Assembly (NCBI GenBank): GCA_026770705.1
Contig: JANJGN010000009.1
Span: forward strand, 163,804,001-163,868,000
Direction of reading: 5' to 3'
Length of the DNA: 64,000 nt
Origin: Isurus oxyrinchus
Lineage: Eukaryota
Shown: in pieces, positions 62,798 to 64,000 of the stretch
Layout: every line of letters starts with the position of its first letter
How positions within the stretch are numbered: position 1 is the stretch's first letter
Notes under the pieces: generated by a model
What the model was told of the DNA's origin: nothing
The model's database searches: none
What the model saw: the letters and a program-made list of their open reading frames with translations, nothing else
Translations under genes and position numbers: made by a program

Positions 62798-64000
62798 GTG
62801 AGTGACAGCCAGAGCTGGATGTTCCGATATTCTGAGTTGGTTTAACTCTCGTGCGCTGGTTATACAGGAGATGTTTAAATATTTGGAGACATGCAAAGGC
62901 ACAAGAGAGGTCTTGGGCTCAGTGGGTAGTGTCTCTGTATCTGAGCCAGAAGCTCTGTGTTTGAGTCCCACTTCAGTTCTTGTTGAGAATGGAAGGCGCG
63001 TTCTAACCAGGCCCAACAGGTTGATTATCAACCTGAAAATCTTCCAACAGACCTAAGGCTGGTGGGAAGAGGGTTTGAGATCCCAGTGCAACATGTTTGA
63101 TGTGGAGTGGTGCCGCTCATTCTGTTGCCTCCGGAGGTTGTGACCTGTTCCAGGGAAAACAAGCTTTGGAAAGCAAAAGTAAACATGTGCTTTGTCTGCC
63201 GCATCCGTCTCTAGATGTGGGAAGTCTCCTAAGTCTAAAGGCACAAAATAGTCAGCAAAACCAAATGAATAATAATTGTGAAATATATTATTACCCTGTG
63301 AATTTACTATCACACCATGGGAATAGTTAACAAATAAACTGAACTGCATTATTAATTATGAATGATAAGTAAAGGAGAATTCAATTTTCAGAAATCTATG
63401 CAAGCAACATTTTGAAAATGAAAACCTGTTTTAATTGGTAATTTTCAATATAATCTGATGTCCAGTATACACTGAAAACTGCAGCGGTAATAATCCCACA
63501 AATAAAACATGTCCCAAGTTGGCGAATATTTCTGTTTTTTAAAGTACAGTTGATGAAATATTGTGTTATGAGGCTCTCTCAGTGACACTGTTCCTCACTG
63601 GTAGATGGTTGGTCTACATCACTCTTCTCATAAGTAGCCTTTTCTTGTTCATTCTTTAACTTTAAGAAACTTGATTTTCCTCATCACTCAGTATTGCCAC
63701 CTCTCCATCATTTTCAATGAATGTATTTTATAACACACAATGTTAAACTCCCAGCCCCATCTGCTCTAAGCCACTACTTTAACTTCCGCAAAATATTTTG
63801 TGCCTCTAGCTTATCAATTTTATGCAGAATACTTGATGTACTTATGGACAGGAAACTGAATCATGTTTCTGTCGGTTTGGCAATCTTCTTCTTTTCAATC
63901 CTTCCTCTTTCTGATCTGATCTCTTTCCCATTTGCTTTTCAACTGTAACTTTTCCTGTATCTTTTTCCTTTTCTTTACTTCTCTCTAGCCATTTAATTAT

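Larger units (their letters stand above)
54817..64000 (+). repeat. Segmental duplication, cassette copy 3 (3'-partial)
   Basis: Same order as copy 2: minisatellite, CR1, Gypsy relic, promoter, leader exon. Confidence 0.92.

Overview
Vertebrate genomic DNA, most likely a cartilaginous fish (shark-type Deu-domain SINEs, CR1/L2 LINEs, Penelope and Harbinger relics). The window holds a tandem cluster of + strand Ig-superfamily receptor genes of the CD300/pIgR-like (MDIR-type) class, each built as signal peptide, V-set Ig, C2-type Ig, Ser/Thr stalk and TM. Gene A (433-14160; exon 1 lies upstream of the window) is inhibitory, with a neutral TM and a tail carrying ITSM/ITIM motifs. Gene B (33929 to at least 45312) has a near-identical ectodomain but an unrelated TM exon carrying Asp and Arg, which points to an activating, FcRgamma-type receptor. 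Gene C begins at 62761 and runs out of the window. The shared part is a ~17.8 kb cassette that starts in a G-rich 27-bp minisatellite and ends in the intron between the stalk and TM exons, so one ligand-binding module sits on opposite signalling modules. The rest is nested transposon debris and one assembly gap. Exon models were built by hand from splice sites and frame continuity, and identities are by-eye estimates.
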